Made by a program: the position numbers and the translations under genes. Shown here piece by piece: positions 49,736-64,000 of a stretch of 64,000 nt of DNA. The stretch is from Hemiscyllium ocellatum (lineage: Eukaryota), in NCBI RefSeq assembly GCF_020745735.1, contig NC_083421.1, forward strand, positions 55,543,001 to 55,607,000. Direction: 5' to 3'. The notes below the pieces were generated by a model. The model was not told where the DNA came from, made no database searches, and saw only the letters and a list, made by a program, of their open reading frames with translations. Every line of letters begins with the position of its first letter. Within the stretch, counting starts at the first letter, position 1.

Positions 49736-52700
49736 GCACCTCATTTTATTTAAAGACACTGCCCAAAACAATGTTACAAACTAATTGTATCACTTGTTAC
49801 TATCCTTTCAAACAGATATAAGTGGTGAGATTGCATTTAAAATAGAGTCTTTCATAACCTCAGAAATTCAAGAGACCTTACAGCCAGTGTTGGACAGACA
49901 ACAGCAATCTCTCATGGCTCGACTCTTAGTTACAGCAATGTGACAATGGCCAGATAGTCTATTTTAACGATGTTGATTGAAAGATAAATAATGCCTGCTA
50001 TAGCAGGCTTCCGTTGTTCTTTGAAATAGTATGACTGGATTTACTATGTACACCTGAAAGGGGAGGTGGAACCTTCATTTAACAGCTCAAAGTGACAGCA
50101 ATTCAAACAGTACGACACTCCCTCAGCTGACAGTAATTCAAGCTTAGATTTTGCGCCTAGCTGTCTGCAGCGAATCCACGTTCTTGCAACTCAGACAAGA
50201 GTGCTACCAACTGAGTAATTGCTAACACTATCCAAATATTAGCACATTAAATCCTCTTTGCTCCATAAAACTTTCCTACAGGCATGGACATAGCCAGCAG
50301 GTAACCATCATATCTAAGCCTTTGAAATTACCTATATTAGTTACAGGAGAACAAAATATACAGAGAAGTGGTATTAAAAAATAGCAGATTCACAGCATAA
50401 CATACCACAAAGTGCATCATTCCCATCTTGAAGCAGCAGCTAGTAGTATTTCCCATTTAGAGAGCATTGGTGGTATTAGAGAGCATTAAAAGCAGAGAAA
50501 CATATTAAGGAAATAAACATAGATGGTCTTTCAGTGGATAGGAAAGGCAATTTAAGGTTCAGCTCATGGTCAAACAGAACACAGGAGGATAGACTAGGTT
50601 TTGAAGATTATGGTCAGAGACAAACTGCGTTAGTTTTCCCAATATTAAAGTGCGGAATCCTGACTCATCGAAACTTCAATGTTAAGAGTGTCATATGCGT
50701 GGAAGGATTTATACAAAAGAAAGCTGGCATTTTTACAGAGCCTTTCATGTTCCAATGCAGTTTATAGGCATTGGAGATCACTTGAAGCATAATCTTCATT
50801 GTAACACAAAAATCATGGTAGCCAATTTGCACTAAGCAATGTCTCAAAAACAACAATGTAGTAAATTACCTGATCATCTGTTTCTGCAAACTCCCCTGCT
50901 TATCCTTGAAATATTGCCTTAGGAACGTTCCAGAATAACTCAGTAGGTAGGACCTTAGCTGGAAGTGCCACGGCAAAGACAACAACTCTATGAGCTTAGT
51001 ACTGCACTGGTGTATCAACTTGGATTATATGCACAGGTCCCATAGATGTAACTTGAACCACTCATCCTTGACAGAGATAATAACACTTCTACTGAACCAT
51101 AGCTTAAAGCTTTGATGGATTGGCAGAGATACGCAGTAATATAGTTTAACGAGTTTCATAAATCTCAGACTTGGTAATACTCAAAGGAGTATTACCAAAG
51201 AATGGAACAGGATCTTTGTGGATTATGCAGTTCTTCACTCCAACATTAAATTTATAAACATGCAGGTTTGAATCATATTAGAACTGCAACATAAAAAACA
51301 CAATCCATGGCAGTCAATTTTTCTGCCTCAGATTCTCATCTAATCTCAGTCCAAATGTGTGAACAGAAATAACACCATCTCTCCCTCCTGATGGGCAAAC
51401 TATTTTCAGCATTGTGTGCACTTATTTCATTCTACCAGAATCTGCAGTATTTTGCTTTTCTATTTTGGAAATTGCTGAATATAAATTCAATATTTGACAG
51501 GAACCATTTAAACACTTCCTAAAGTTAGGAAGCCAATGTGGTTACAAACACACAATTGAACCGGGGTTGAAAATGACCGCAGAAGTCTGCAATTGACTTA
51601 GATCCAACTGTATGAAGTTCTCGTCGAAGGGCAGTATCTGCAGGACAAGTGGCTCCATAAATCCCAACAATTTTTATTCATTTCTTCTCACTAAAAATGT
51701 AATAACTTGGATCAGCAAAAAACTTGTGTTTCCAAAAATAACATGAGCTGCTCCCTGGAATAAAGTCGATTGCATTCAGAAACAAATTATTATTACACAA
51801 AGATATAAAAATGATCACCATATGGATATTTTACACAAACTCTCACCCCAAAAATTATGAGTTGCTTAAATTTCATTATTGGCAACTAGGGTTTCTAACT
51901 TTCCTGACACTGAGCTAGCATTCATACCAACTGTGTGACTCATGGAAATGAAGTGACGACTCTCATTTAGGAAGATTTAAAACAGTCATATCCTAACAGC
52001 TCAGTGACCATGAGGAAGTCTTGAAGCTTCATCTGTACCCATATAGTTCCTACAAACTTAAAATTACATTTTCAAATAGAATGCAAGATAACAATCGATT
52101 TGTAAATCCAATCATTAACATATAAATATTACCTGTTCAAAAACCTCAAGATTTTCCATGCATAACCAGTAAAATGAAATGTGTAGATAGTGCTTTTAAA
52201 AGTGGTAACAATTCTGATAGAACTAACAGTGTAGGAAAACTTCCCCACAGTAATTCAGGGTTCTAAGATTAGGGCTTTCTGCATGTAGTCTTCTACCCGA
52301 CCCAAACTGCATAAAGTCATATCTAAGCTGTTGGAACAGGAGGAAGTTATTTAGCCCCCAGCTTCCTGTTCAACCAGTCAATGAGATCACAGTTGATTTT
52401 TGATCCAAGTCCATTTAACTTCCTTTGCCCTATCAGTCATAAAACTTTTCATTAATAAAAATCCATCAATGGCATTGTGGAACAGAGTTCCAAAATAATA
52501 CCCCAATTCATTCCTGAAAAGTCTGTTTCTAATGTTAGACAATGTCCTCTAGCCCTAGACTCCCCAGTCCCTAAACTCAAGAACACAGGAATTAGGAGGA
52601 TGCAGCCGCCAAGCTCAATCACCTCAAAACCAGAGTCAAGAAAGCATGTGTTCACATTCTTCTAATTTATACTGCTAAAATCAAATCATTTTCAAGGAAT

Positions 52701-55700
52701 AAAGCACTTTCAGTTCCTCGGTACTTACAATATTTTTCTCTCTAGTACAGCTTAAACCGCAAAGTCTCACCAAACCACCTAAAAATCACCGTACCATTTT
52801 GTAAGAAAGAAAACCACACTAACAGTAACATTCAAGGTTTTATGCATTATCAGTTGCATAACACAACTGCATTACATTGAAACCAATATTTAAATGTACA
52901 TGTCTATAGTCACTGACACCAAGAGAAATTGATAATTCATTTACTGAAGCTCAGCACCAGGACCAATCTTCACCAAATCTACTTACCAATTTACTTGCAA
53001 TAATTTGCAGCTACACACATCTGCCTTTAACCCATATACATACACCTGTGCTATACTTATATCCGAGACTCCCAGTTGCAGAGTTATAAGCCAGAAAAAT
53101 GATTTGACACAGCCTGACATGCCACGGTAAACACCTAAGACTCAAATAATTTGTTACTTAAGTACTACTTTTGTAAAATATGGTGATTTGAAGATAGTTA
53201 AAGAAGCAAATTCTGTGCAAACCTGGAGATATCATATCCTTTTTCCTGGTCATAATACTCAAATAAATAAGCTGCTCAAAATTATGAGCTGATGCTGCAC
53301 TATGCAGACAGTATTCAATAGAAGGTGACAATGATCCTGAAAAACTAAACGGTTTAACTATAATATTTAATAGTGTTATGGAGCCTACAACTTAAGTACA
53401 TCCATCAACATTCACTAAGTCATTGGTTGCTTCACTGTGAAAAATGATTTAAAATTAAAGTCACATTTTTAAAACAGAAATTATCTTCCAAAATATAGTA
53501 AAACAGTATGCACAATAAGAATCAGCTGTACACCACGCTACACTGTCTAATGTATAGTCTGGTTAGTGAACTCAGAAATCTCTGAATAATCATCAGATTC
53601 TAAGTAGTAGCACTCTAACCTACCTCAAATAACTGACTTAAAACCACAAACTGTTAGAAGAACAGGAACATATCTCACGATGTCTCTGAACAACTCTGTC
53701 CAGTAAACATAACATGCTATCTGCTCCACTCGTTACTGGTTGGTAGGAGCAATAAACAGAAATGTGACGTCCTAGTGAGTGATAGGACTACGTTATTAAG
53801 ATATCAGCTTACAAGGCACATGACAGATATAAATACAATCAGAAGTTCGCTACTTTCCAAATTGGGCAATGCTCAAAGTTAGGTAAACAAACTATTTGTG
53901 CAGGTTGTGTTTAAAGTTTTTTTTTGTCTTCAATGGATTCATAGTTGAGACAGATGGAAAGAAACCAACAGAGCCAAATAAGGAGTTTACTATAAACATG
54001 TTGAGGGGATGGATTTGTTATTTGAATAGCATCTTGCTCTCCTTGGGCTTAAACACAGTTAACTGACTTAGGGACAAAGTGAAATAATTCTCTACATTCC
54101 AATAGAAATTTTGCATTTTCAAAAGTGCAATTCTTAGTCAGTGTAACAATTGATCTAGCACTGGATTATAGAGTTCAGAAGAAGTTGCATTAGGCAGGTC
54201 AGAGCAGCAATGCACGTATGAAATCAATGAGGCTTTATAAAGGGACAGTTAATGCTATTGAAGCAATTCAAGTTATTCTCGTTTGTTCTAATTTGCTTTT
54301 GTATCCCCACATGTATGCCTGAAACACCAAACAAACAACTTCATTTTTAAAGACGCACCAAACAAGAAGGGATGTCTCAAGACCATATCCAAGAAATTTT
54401 CAACTACTACTCTCCAACCCAAACCTGAGGGGGGATTAGTTGTGGAGTTGCTTCTCTACTGCTGTCATGTTGTCTGAAGCCAGCTGCTGAGGTGACTGTA
54501 CAATGGTTTAGCTCTGCCATCTCCCCTTAAACAGGTGAGTATTCAGCCACCTCTGGCTACTTCCTCTGAAGGAAATTCAAAGTTCACAGTGAGAAATTGA
54601 GCTACGCAGGCCTGTTCCTCTCACCATGGTACATCACACAAAAACCAGGCCACAGTGCACTCGCATTGTAACATTACTTTCTCTCTTTTTCCCTGTCCCA
54701 CAAACTTTGCTCAATTTTTTTCTGTTTCAGCCCACTATTTTGTAGAATGCGCAAAATCTTGTATCACATTAGATCTAGGTATAAAGAGGAACTTAGGAAA
54801 AATAATGATATTAAAACTAATGCATTAAGTAATTCATAATCTACACAAGACGACAATAAAGCACTTCAATGTGAATGTTTTGGAAATTTTCCTCATATCC
54901 TAAAACTTGCATGGAGATTCACAGTCTTCATCCAACTCTCTGTACTCAAAATGTAAACTATAGCTGTTATTCTACAAAATACTGAAAACTACATAACAAA
55001 TACACTTTCCAGCAGACTGAAATGTGAAAATGCACCACCCAATCAACTGTGACTTGTGTAGGTAAACACAGTAAACATTTTGCATGTTGTGATCTCCCTC
55101 AACAGTCAGTAGTTAAATGGCTAGACTGGTTGAGAAAGGAATGTCTGATGAGCATAATATGCTAAGTTTCAAACAGTGTTATGGGATCTGTACTCCTGAC
55201 AATGAAAATGGTCAGGGATTCACCTCAAAAAATGATCTGACCCTGATATGCAGGATCTAACCCCCCAACCTTGTAGTGGCATGCACTAACCGGAGACAAA
55301 CTGCAAAAACAAAAAATGTAGCAAATAGAAAACTTCATATCTTCTGCTTATCAAAAAAGCATTTTCAGATAATTTCAACATAATAACTTTCCACTTCACA
55401 TTTTTAAGCTATATCACAGCCTTGATCAGAAGCTCATAAATATGGAGTTCCTAAATTGCATACTAGGGATCTCAAAACAGTAAATATTAGAAACATGACA
55501 ACTTTGATACAATATCTTCCACTAGATATGCAGGGCAAAACAAAACACAGAACTTGTGTCAATAACAAATTACACTTATTTCACTTTTAACACAGTGACC
55601 TCTGAAGTTACTCTGAAGTAGCAAGGATAACAGAAGACATAAGGTAAGGGGTGATTAAACATTTGGTTTAAAGGGTGGTTTTTTAAATTGGTATTATAGC

Positions 55701-56984
55701 AAAATAGAGAGGTTTAACAGTATGACTGTCACCGATAGAACATCGCAACAGTAGCATGCCACTGAACTCCTCAAACTTGTTCTGCCATTCAGTTTGACAC
55801 TAGCAGACCTAGACTTCAGAGTGCACCTGCCTTGATTTTGTAATCTTGTCCATCAATCACAGTTTCAAAAAAAGTTTTCAACTGATCAAGATTAACAGTT
55901 TGTGAAAAATTTCCAGATTTTTTTGCTACCTTTTGCATGGACAGTGATATGATGCATTCAGTGAGGGAATACTGCATTACAACTCGCAGCGATTAAAAAC
56001 AGGAATGGTCAAAGCCTGGATGGTCTTACAGCCCGACAGGAACTAACAACTTCAAGTGCTGGACAACTGGGATCAAATGAGTTTAAACACTAGAGAGCGA
56101 TGTGAATAGCCAAGCATCACTTGGTATGCGACTGCATCCTGACAAGAATTTTTGAAAAACTGGATTTTATCAAGGATGAAGAATAAGAGAACACGGACGA
56201 GAGTAACTAAGCCACAAATGTGGAAAAAACAAATGGCACCACGGAAAGTCAGCCAGCCAAAGCAAAACAAGACAACAACAGGGTGCAGCAGCTGTATTTT
56301 CAGCCACCATCCTATTATTCCAAAGATATCCTTATAAATAGTGCAAGTATTTATTGCAATCCATTAAACAGCTTCACAATAGTAGAAGCAACACAAGATT
56401 CAAAAATGACATTCTGAAGGAGGCAATCAGATATCCACACAACCCAAAGTTTAAATTTATGTACAATTTTCAAAACACTGAAAATTCTAAATGCTCTTTT
56501 AGCAAATTGCCATCTAACAATTATAAGAGAGGCATCATCTAGCAGAGGAGTGAAACTTGTAAATTAGTTAAGCACCCATCAGGAAACCTCAAATTATAAA
56601 TCTCCAAGCCAGTTTGGAGTTTCTCAAAATGTCACTACATTGTTTAATGGCAGAAAGACTACAGCAAGTATCCCGTGTCTGTACCTATACAAGAAACAAT
56701 AGGGCACACAAACACCAAATAAAAAAAAATATCACAATGGGCAATGGTTAAATTAGTGAAAATCCATAAGAACAGAGAATATGCTTCCAGCTCAGAAGAT
56801 ATGTTTGACAATATCAACACCACCTAATTTCTCTGCATTTTCTCCAGAAAAATCTCCCATTGTCTCTTTAATCTATTTCCATGCCCACTTAAGAGATTTT
56901 CTCAACCAATCATCTTAATTTTCACTTCCAAATCCTTGTCTTTGCCCTTCTGCAGTTTGAACCAAAGAAAAACCGAACCATTTT

Positions 56985-57908
56985 CATAGATTAGAGTCAC
57001 AGGGTTGTACAGCACCAAAACAGACCCTTCGGTCCCACTAATCCATGCCAACTAAACATCCTGAATTAATCTAGTTCCATTTGCCAGCATATGGGCCCAT
57101 TTCCCTTTGAACTCTTCTTATTCACATACCTAGCCAGATGTCCTTTAAATGTTGCAATTGTACCAGTCTGCACCACTGCATGCATGCACCACCGTCCACA
57201 TGAAAAGGTTGCCCCTTAGATTTAAACGGAACCCTTCTCCTCTCACCTTAAATCTATGCCCTCTAGTTTTGGACTCCCCTACTGTGGGAGACGACTGTCT
57301 ATTTATCCCTATTCTAAGGGCACCCCTCAGCCTCGAACACTTCAGAGAAAACAGCCTCACTCTATTCAGACTCTTCATGTAGCTCAAACCCTCCAAATCA
57401 TGGCAACATCCTTGTAAATCTTTTCTGAACACTTTCAAGTTTCACAACTTCCTTCCTATATCTGGGAGACCAGAATTGAATACTGTATCCAAAAACTGAC
57501 CCAACTAATGTTGTGGCTACACAGGACATGGCCTCCCAATGCTTATACTCAATGCACTGACCAATAAAGGCAAGCATTCCAAACACCTTCTTCACTATCC
57601 TGCCTACCTGCGAATCCACTTTCAAGGAACTATGAACCTGCACTCCAGAGTCTCTTTGTTCAGCAACACTCCCCAGGGCCTTACTGTTGAGCACACAGGT
57701 CCTGCCCTTATTTGCCTTTCCAAAATTCAGCATCTCACATTTATCTAAATTAAACTCTATCTGCCACCCCTTGGCCCATCTGTTCAAGATCCTGTTGTAC
57801 TCTGAGGTACTTTCTTCACTGTCCATGACACCACCAATTCAGGTGCCATCGGCATTTTACTAACCATATCTCCTATGTGCAGATCCAAATCATTTATATA
57901 AATGACAA
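56985..57908 (-). mobile_element. CR1 3' fragment
   Basis: ORFs 57398..57826 and 57145..57438; same family as 45705-46560. Confidence 0.9.
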
Positions 57909-58655
57909 CGGTTTGAATAAACAAATTTCCACAAAGGCAGATTGACCTGTGGTGGTTTATGAAAAAACTAAACTATTGAGTAAAACAGGATTACCAACAC
58001 TAATAAAGATACAGAAACATATGACACTTCTGTACCACAACGGATGTGAAACTATTTCAAATAATTACCATGTCCAATAGTTTGATTCCTATCAATACCA
58101 GAGTAAATGAAACAGAAAATCTGGATGGAGGAAAACTAAGATTCCTGAAGATCAAAAATGTAACATGCAGAAAGGATTAAAAAAAATGGTTTTGAAACCT
58201 CGCCACTTGAAAGTGAAAAACCTAGGATTGTTGCTTCCAGTCATCTGCCATTAAACTAACTGCCATTCCCAATCCTGGGTTATTTCTGATGACAATGTTA
58301 AAGAATTCTTCACTGGTACTCAATAGAGAAACCAAGCTCAATATTTTTCCACAGTCAATGTGAGGCCACCAACACAAGAAAGCCATAAAGGGCTACAGCC
58401 AGAAACTTAACTTGGCAGTTCAGATTGTAATAATGGATATCTTGATGAACTCCGCTTAAGTATTTCAAAAATAATTTAATTCAATAGAGACTGCCTAGTA
58501 AAACATTACTGAGGGATGGCGTGAAGGATTAAGCAATCATGTCACCTTCAATAGTCCAGTCATACCGGACCACAGTTAAGCTGACAAAAAGAATCTGAAT
58601 TTAAAAGTTTCAGAGATTAAACAGTATACAATGCAAACAAATTCTTATCAGTTTC

Positions 58656-58707
58656 AGAGAGAGAGAGAGAGAGGGAGAGAGAGAGAGAGAGAGAAAAAGA
58701 GAGAAAG
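58656..58707 (+). repeat. (GA)n microsatellite
   Basis: agagagagag... read directly. Confidence 0.95.
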
Positions 58708-59673
58708 ATGGAAAGCAAGGTGGTGATAACCAAATTCTGCAAAAAAAATAATAATTCCATTTACACATTGGTGTTTATAGCAAATAATTGAACCAATGTT
58801 AATTTTCCACTATTGTTCTAAAGCAACTTAATCTAAATGCTAATGTTAAAATTTGACCAAGACCACAGAGTCATAGAGATGTCTCCAATGATTCCACATC
58901 ACCTCAATTTCAAGGTCACTTGAATGGAGGAAAGGCCAGTCTTCTTGACTTGAAGCTGGGAGAGTGTTAGAGCACTCCAGTACATTCAGTATATGACCAG
59001 GAAGTGGGCTCATGCTGTTGAAAGCAAAAAGGAAAACATTGATTCCACAGCATCAATATCCCACAACATAGGAAGAAAAATCACAAAATAACCTGCGTTC
59101 TAAAAATGGAAATTAAAAGTTAGCAAACAGTAAAAATGTTAAGTGGAAACATCATCAACAACAGGAAGCTCTTTAGGGTTAAAATCATAACAAGAACAGA
59201 TCAGATTACAACTTTATAACCATTTAATGGCTTTCTATGATTTGCCATAATACACTGGCAGCCACAAGGACAGCTTTTGCTTTGTATTCCTAATTCGTAT
59301 GTTGGCATGTATGATTTGCTCCCCTCCTTTCAACTGAAGGTGAAGATTTCTGGAGAGGACAAAATTTCATTGCTACCTCTAGTAAAACATCCAAGTAGGC
59401 AACTACTCTGCAGAACAGTCAACAGGAGCATTCATAGGCTATTGGCCCAGGAGGCAACACAGTCTTCAGTCCTGAATCAGTAATTTAAAATCCATCTGGA
59501 TCAGTGTGAACTAAGTAAGTTGTGCAACTTTGGGATTTCTTGTTTTATCTCAGCAAGCCAATTGGTTAAAGGTACTACTAAAACCAATCGTTATGGGATC
59601 TTATTTAGAGTGAAACATTTTAAATATACTTCCAAACACTAAACATACCATAATTTCAAACAAAATTTCATTA

Positions 59674-59754
59674 CAGCAGAACCTCAATTATCCAAACACG
59701 GGTGAGGAATATTTTGTTTGGATAATCGAATGCTGGATAATCAATGTTCCTCTG
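59674..59754. mobile_element. 81-bp Tc1/mariner (Tigger-like) MITE
   Basis: TA flanks at 59672-73 and 59755-56; TIRs cagcagaacctcaattatcca / cagaggaacattgattatcca (reverse complement). Confidence 0.65.
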
Positions 59755-61134
59755 TACATTGAAAGTAAACCCTCAATTAATGCCCTCTACCTGCATATAG
59801 TTAAATACAATTGATACACAAGTTACAGCTGTAACCTACTCCAAGCTAAGGAGATTAAAGTTTACTTTATTTATTAGATTAATAGACAAAGCAATTAGGA
59901 AAAGAAAAGTCATAATATGTGTTGCATAACTGATGGGAAGAAACTTTGAATTATTTTAATTTTGTTAGTAACAGATATTTACCAGGTAATAGTCAAATTC
60001 TGCCAGATAATGCAAAATGATATCCATAGCAAAGGAGCTGTGATTGGGATATGATTCTTTTTAGTAAGAATATTTGAGAAAATATATGTACTGTACAAAT
60101 ATATTTAAAAGCTTTAACCACCAAAAGGATACTAAAATTGAATTATAAAATGCATAAACCATTTGTAGTTATCACTTGATTCCCAAAGGAGATTATGGCC
60201 CTGATGTCACTTGTATATTTACAGCTTGCAATATTCTAGGAAGATCACGAGGTAGATTTGTCTTGATCCAGTTAAGTACAAAGAGAATATTGGAGCTAAT
60301 TATCCCTTACTACAGAATGTGTCCTACAGCAGCAGCTCTTCAGCTTGTCAAGTGAGCTGGTTTTGAATCTACTTAGACAGTACGGTTTTATTTTGTCATT
60401 TGTATGAGTAAGATTTGACAATTTCTCAGGACAATGCTTAATTTCTGCCTCGGAGATCTGGTTTTAAGCTGTTCTGTGTAGAAGGTTTGAGCTGATCACT
60501 TCTTACAATGGCTGCCTCGACATCAAACTCATCGAAACGCAATGTTTCCATATAGAAATTGAGATAAATGTTTATGCCTGCTGTTGCATTAGGGTCAGTG
60601 CACTGATGGGACACAGTGGTGGGAACTTTACTCATTCAAAAGGGTTTAGAAAACCACCATAACTTTTCTATTATACAGATCAAAGACAGGTTGTATTATT
60701 TTGTCAATTCCCAGTTTATATCTAGTTCACCTAAAAGCATTTAAACAGTGCAGCATCTAAAGGTAAAATTAAACAGTCACCTAAACAAATTGTAGTATTG
60801 GAAAATTCAGATAGATTCTTTGTCCAACACAGAGGTCAAAACTTTTAGCTCGTACAGCTATAAACACAGCTCAAGAGCACTCATCACTTAGTAAACTTTC
60901 CAATTCTAAAGCCTGTTCATCTGGGAACTGGCAAATATTTATTAGAAAGAATCCTCATTCCCGATCAGATGTCTACCAAGTCAGTGATCATTGATATGCA
61001 GCCAGATGGTCAATGATCACTAGTGCCACAAACATATCAGATTAGATCAGCCTGGACCATTCTCTTCATTATCCAAGATTCTGTAAAGAGACTGCACAAG
61101 ATCTTTGGCAGACCATCACCAAGTGTTTCATTTC

Positions 61135-63050
61135 AAGGCAGGGAGGTGGTGTGGTGATCGTGTCACTAGATTAACGATCCAGTACCTAAATCTAATCTTC
61201 TGGGGACATAAGCATGAATTCTACAATGGCAGATGGTGCAATATGAATTCAATGAAATCTGGAGTTACGTAGCCTAATGACTACAATTAACTGTAGTCAA
61301 TTGACATAGAAACCAATTTGGTAACATTCCTTAGGGAAAGAAATCTATTATTCTGATCTGATCCGCTCTACATGTGACTCCGGACCGACAGCAATGTTGC
61401 TGACTCTGTACACCGAAATGATCCTGGAAGCCACTCACTCAGTTATATCAAACTGTTACAAAGTCTAAGTGCAATGGAATCAAATCGATCATGTATCATC
61501 AAACTAGGCACTGGAATCGACAAGAGCAAATTGTCAACTGCAAAGTCTTGCTTAACAACACCTGGGCAGCATAGGTAAAAACTGGAACAGCAGGCCCCAA
61601 CTAGTCAAATATCAGCCAGACATGGTCAATCTTAGAGTCGCACATTATAGATGATGTCCCAGACATCATCATCGTTCATGTGGAATGTTTGGTCTTATTG
61701 CTAAGATAAGTCCACCAAAGCGGGCTGCAGGGTGATATGCAGTGGAGAATGAGGTGCCCTGGATGTCCTCAACATTGATTTTGGATTAATGTCCTTCCTC
61801 AAGTCATGAATCAGTACAGGTCCACGCTGAGTACCATTCAAGGTGGCAAAGGCAAGAACATAATCTGGAAGGGGGACTTTAATGACCATCACTAAGATGG
61901 CTCAATAACACGATCACAGACCAAACTGGCAGAGGGGTTCCTACATTGAGGCTATTCATGTGGTGAGGAAGCCAACAATTTGGAAAAAAATTACCTTCTC
62001 ATCCTCAATCTTCTCAATCTACTTTCACAAAAGCATTTGTCCATGACAATACTGGTAGGTGTGACCACTGCAGAGTGTGGCATTATCACTGTGCTAAATG
62101 GGATACACTTCAAACGGATCTAGTAAGTAAAAAAAAACTGGACATTCATGAGGTACTTTTGCCATTAGCAGAGCAGAATTGTATTCAACCACAATCTGCA
62201 ATGCATTGATCTAGTACATCCGCCACTCCAGCAGTCCCATCAAGGAGATTAAACCGGGATAAATGAAGGGTGCAGAAGGACATGCCAGATGCAGCACCTA
62301 GCATACCAAAAAGCAAGCATGAACTGGTGAAGCTATGAGACAGAACTATCCAAACCTCTGAGTTCCAGCCACATCCAGTAATGAATGATGGTGGATAATT
62401 AAACGACCAGCAAAGATGCAGTATCCACAAATATCCTCATCCTCAATGCTAGGTGAACACAGCATATCAGTACAAAATGGAAGGTTGAAGTATTTGTATC
62501 CATCTTCAGTCAAAAGTGCCAAATTATTGATACATCCTCAGCCTCCTCACAAAGCCGCCAGCAGCACAAATGTCAACCTTCAGCCAGTTTGGTTGACACT
62601 GCATGATATTAAGAAACAGCAAAGGTCACTGACTCCTGTAAAGAGTATAGGACTTAATAGCATTTCAGCCATAGTACCAAAGACTTGTTCTCTAGAACAA
62701 GCTGTGTCGCAAGCTAAGCTGTTCCAGTACAACTCCAACACTAGCACCTACATGACAATATGGAAATCTGCCTACACATGTCCTACGTACCAAAAGCAGG
62801 ACAAATCAACCTGAACAAAGATCACCCCTGTAGTCCACTTTCTATTACCACTAAAGTCATGGAAGGGAATGTCAGTGGGATAAAACGGCACTTTCAAGGA
62901 ATAATCTTCTGCCTAATACTCAATATTGGGTCCACCAAGGCTCCTAACCTCACTACTGTCTGGTCCAAACAGGGGCAATACAGCTGAACTACAGAGGTGA
63001 GGCAAGAGTGACTGCTCTTAATATCAAGGCAGCATTTGACCACAAGACTG
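61135..63050 (+). mobile_element. CR1-group LINE 5'/middle part (APE and start of RT), decayed
   Basis: GDFNDH-like at about 61870, LNIKAAFDH at about 63017-63043; same family as 42500-43890. Confidence 0.65.
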
Positions 63051-64000
63051 GGAGCTCACCATCACCTTTTTCAATGCAATTAGTAGCAGACAACAAATGT
63101 TGGGTTTTTTTCTCCTGTGAGTGGATGAAAACATAAGAATTTTTTTTTTCCTCCACACCGTTATAATGCAGAGTTGGAATCTTCTAGAGAAACAGCAGAA
63201 CTTATTTGAAGTACTTGCAAATAAATGACCAAAATATTTAAAAACCAAATAAATCCCTCTTATGGAAATACATTTAGCATTGAAATCTTCATTTGTCAGG
63301 GAGACAATTCAAGGCATTGGAAGAAATCAAAAAACATCGTAGAGCCTGAGAACTATGCAAACCTCCTTACGTCAAGGCTTCCTCATTGGAACACAATAAA
63401 ACTCAGTATATGGCACTCTATCTTCAAATCCCATACCTTACTATTACATTAGTGGAGACTAAGGTGGGGAAAATCCACCTTCATAAGAGCAAAGATACAA
63501 ACAACCATCCCAATGGATTTAGCAAATTGTTACTGCTAAATACACATGATGCAGGCATAAGTTAAAGTATCTTATGATCCGAATTCACATCTGTGGAACC
63601 TGTTGTGATTCAATTACATTAGAAATGTTCCAGATTTAGGTAATAGTAGATTAGCTAAGTTACCACTTTAGTGGTGTCCTAGTGCTGAAAAGGAAGGAAG
63701 AAACAATAAGTTCCCTGCAATAAGAATAGAAAGGGGCTAGAAACTCTCAGACAGCACCTGTTTATATAAACAGAGCTACTGTTTCGGATCAAATGCTGCT
63801 TGATTTGTTGAGTTTTCCAGCCTGTCATGGTTCTTATTTCAGATTTCCAGCCTATGCAGTATTTTGTTTTTGAATAAAGAGGCTCCTACAGTTACTCTGT
63901 GGAAAATCTGAGCATGTGGACACCAACATGTATTGAACCCTGGACACAGCAGGTACATACCTAACAATGGAATGAGCTGTAAACACACGCTGCTGAGGCC

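Noticed and set aside
33688-64000. FUBP3 exon 1 or promoter
   Set aside because: No CpG island and no exon resembling the FUBP N-terminal helix with a donor site was seen; it must lie beyond the window.
1-64000. CRISPR array, operon or other prokaryotic system
   Set aside because: Spliceosomal gene structure and vertebrate repeats throughout; no regularly spaced direct repeats.

Overview
Eukaryotic genomic DNA from a cartilaginous fish, inferred from HE1/V-SINE and CR1 repeats typical of sharks. The whole window lies inside one minus-strand gene, FUBP3 (far upstream element-binding protein 3, a 4xKH nucleic-acid-binding protein). Coding exons 2-12 (33687 down to 40) were traced by hand; all have GT-AG boundaries and consistent phases. 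Exon 1 lies beyond position 64000 (intron 1 >30 kb) and the last exons lie before position 1. The introns are filled with decayed transposons: CR1 and CR1-group LINEs, V-SINEs and other tRNA SINEs, Deu-type SINEs, several Penelope-like element (PLE) families, a Copia-order LTR remnant, a probable solo LTR and MITEs. Most notable: (i) a minimal hammerhead ribozyme with an intact core on the FUBP3 sense strand in intron 6, inside a head-to-head PLE pair that also supplies its antisense copy; (ii) two independent head-to-head PLE insertions with long target-site duplications close to splice acceptors; (iii) candidate mutually exclusive or poison alternatives to exon 3 (46 nt and 25 nt, same phase as the 34-nt exon 3). 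No prokaryotic features. Repeat boundaries are approximate and family names come from recalled motifs, not database searches.
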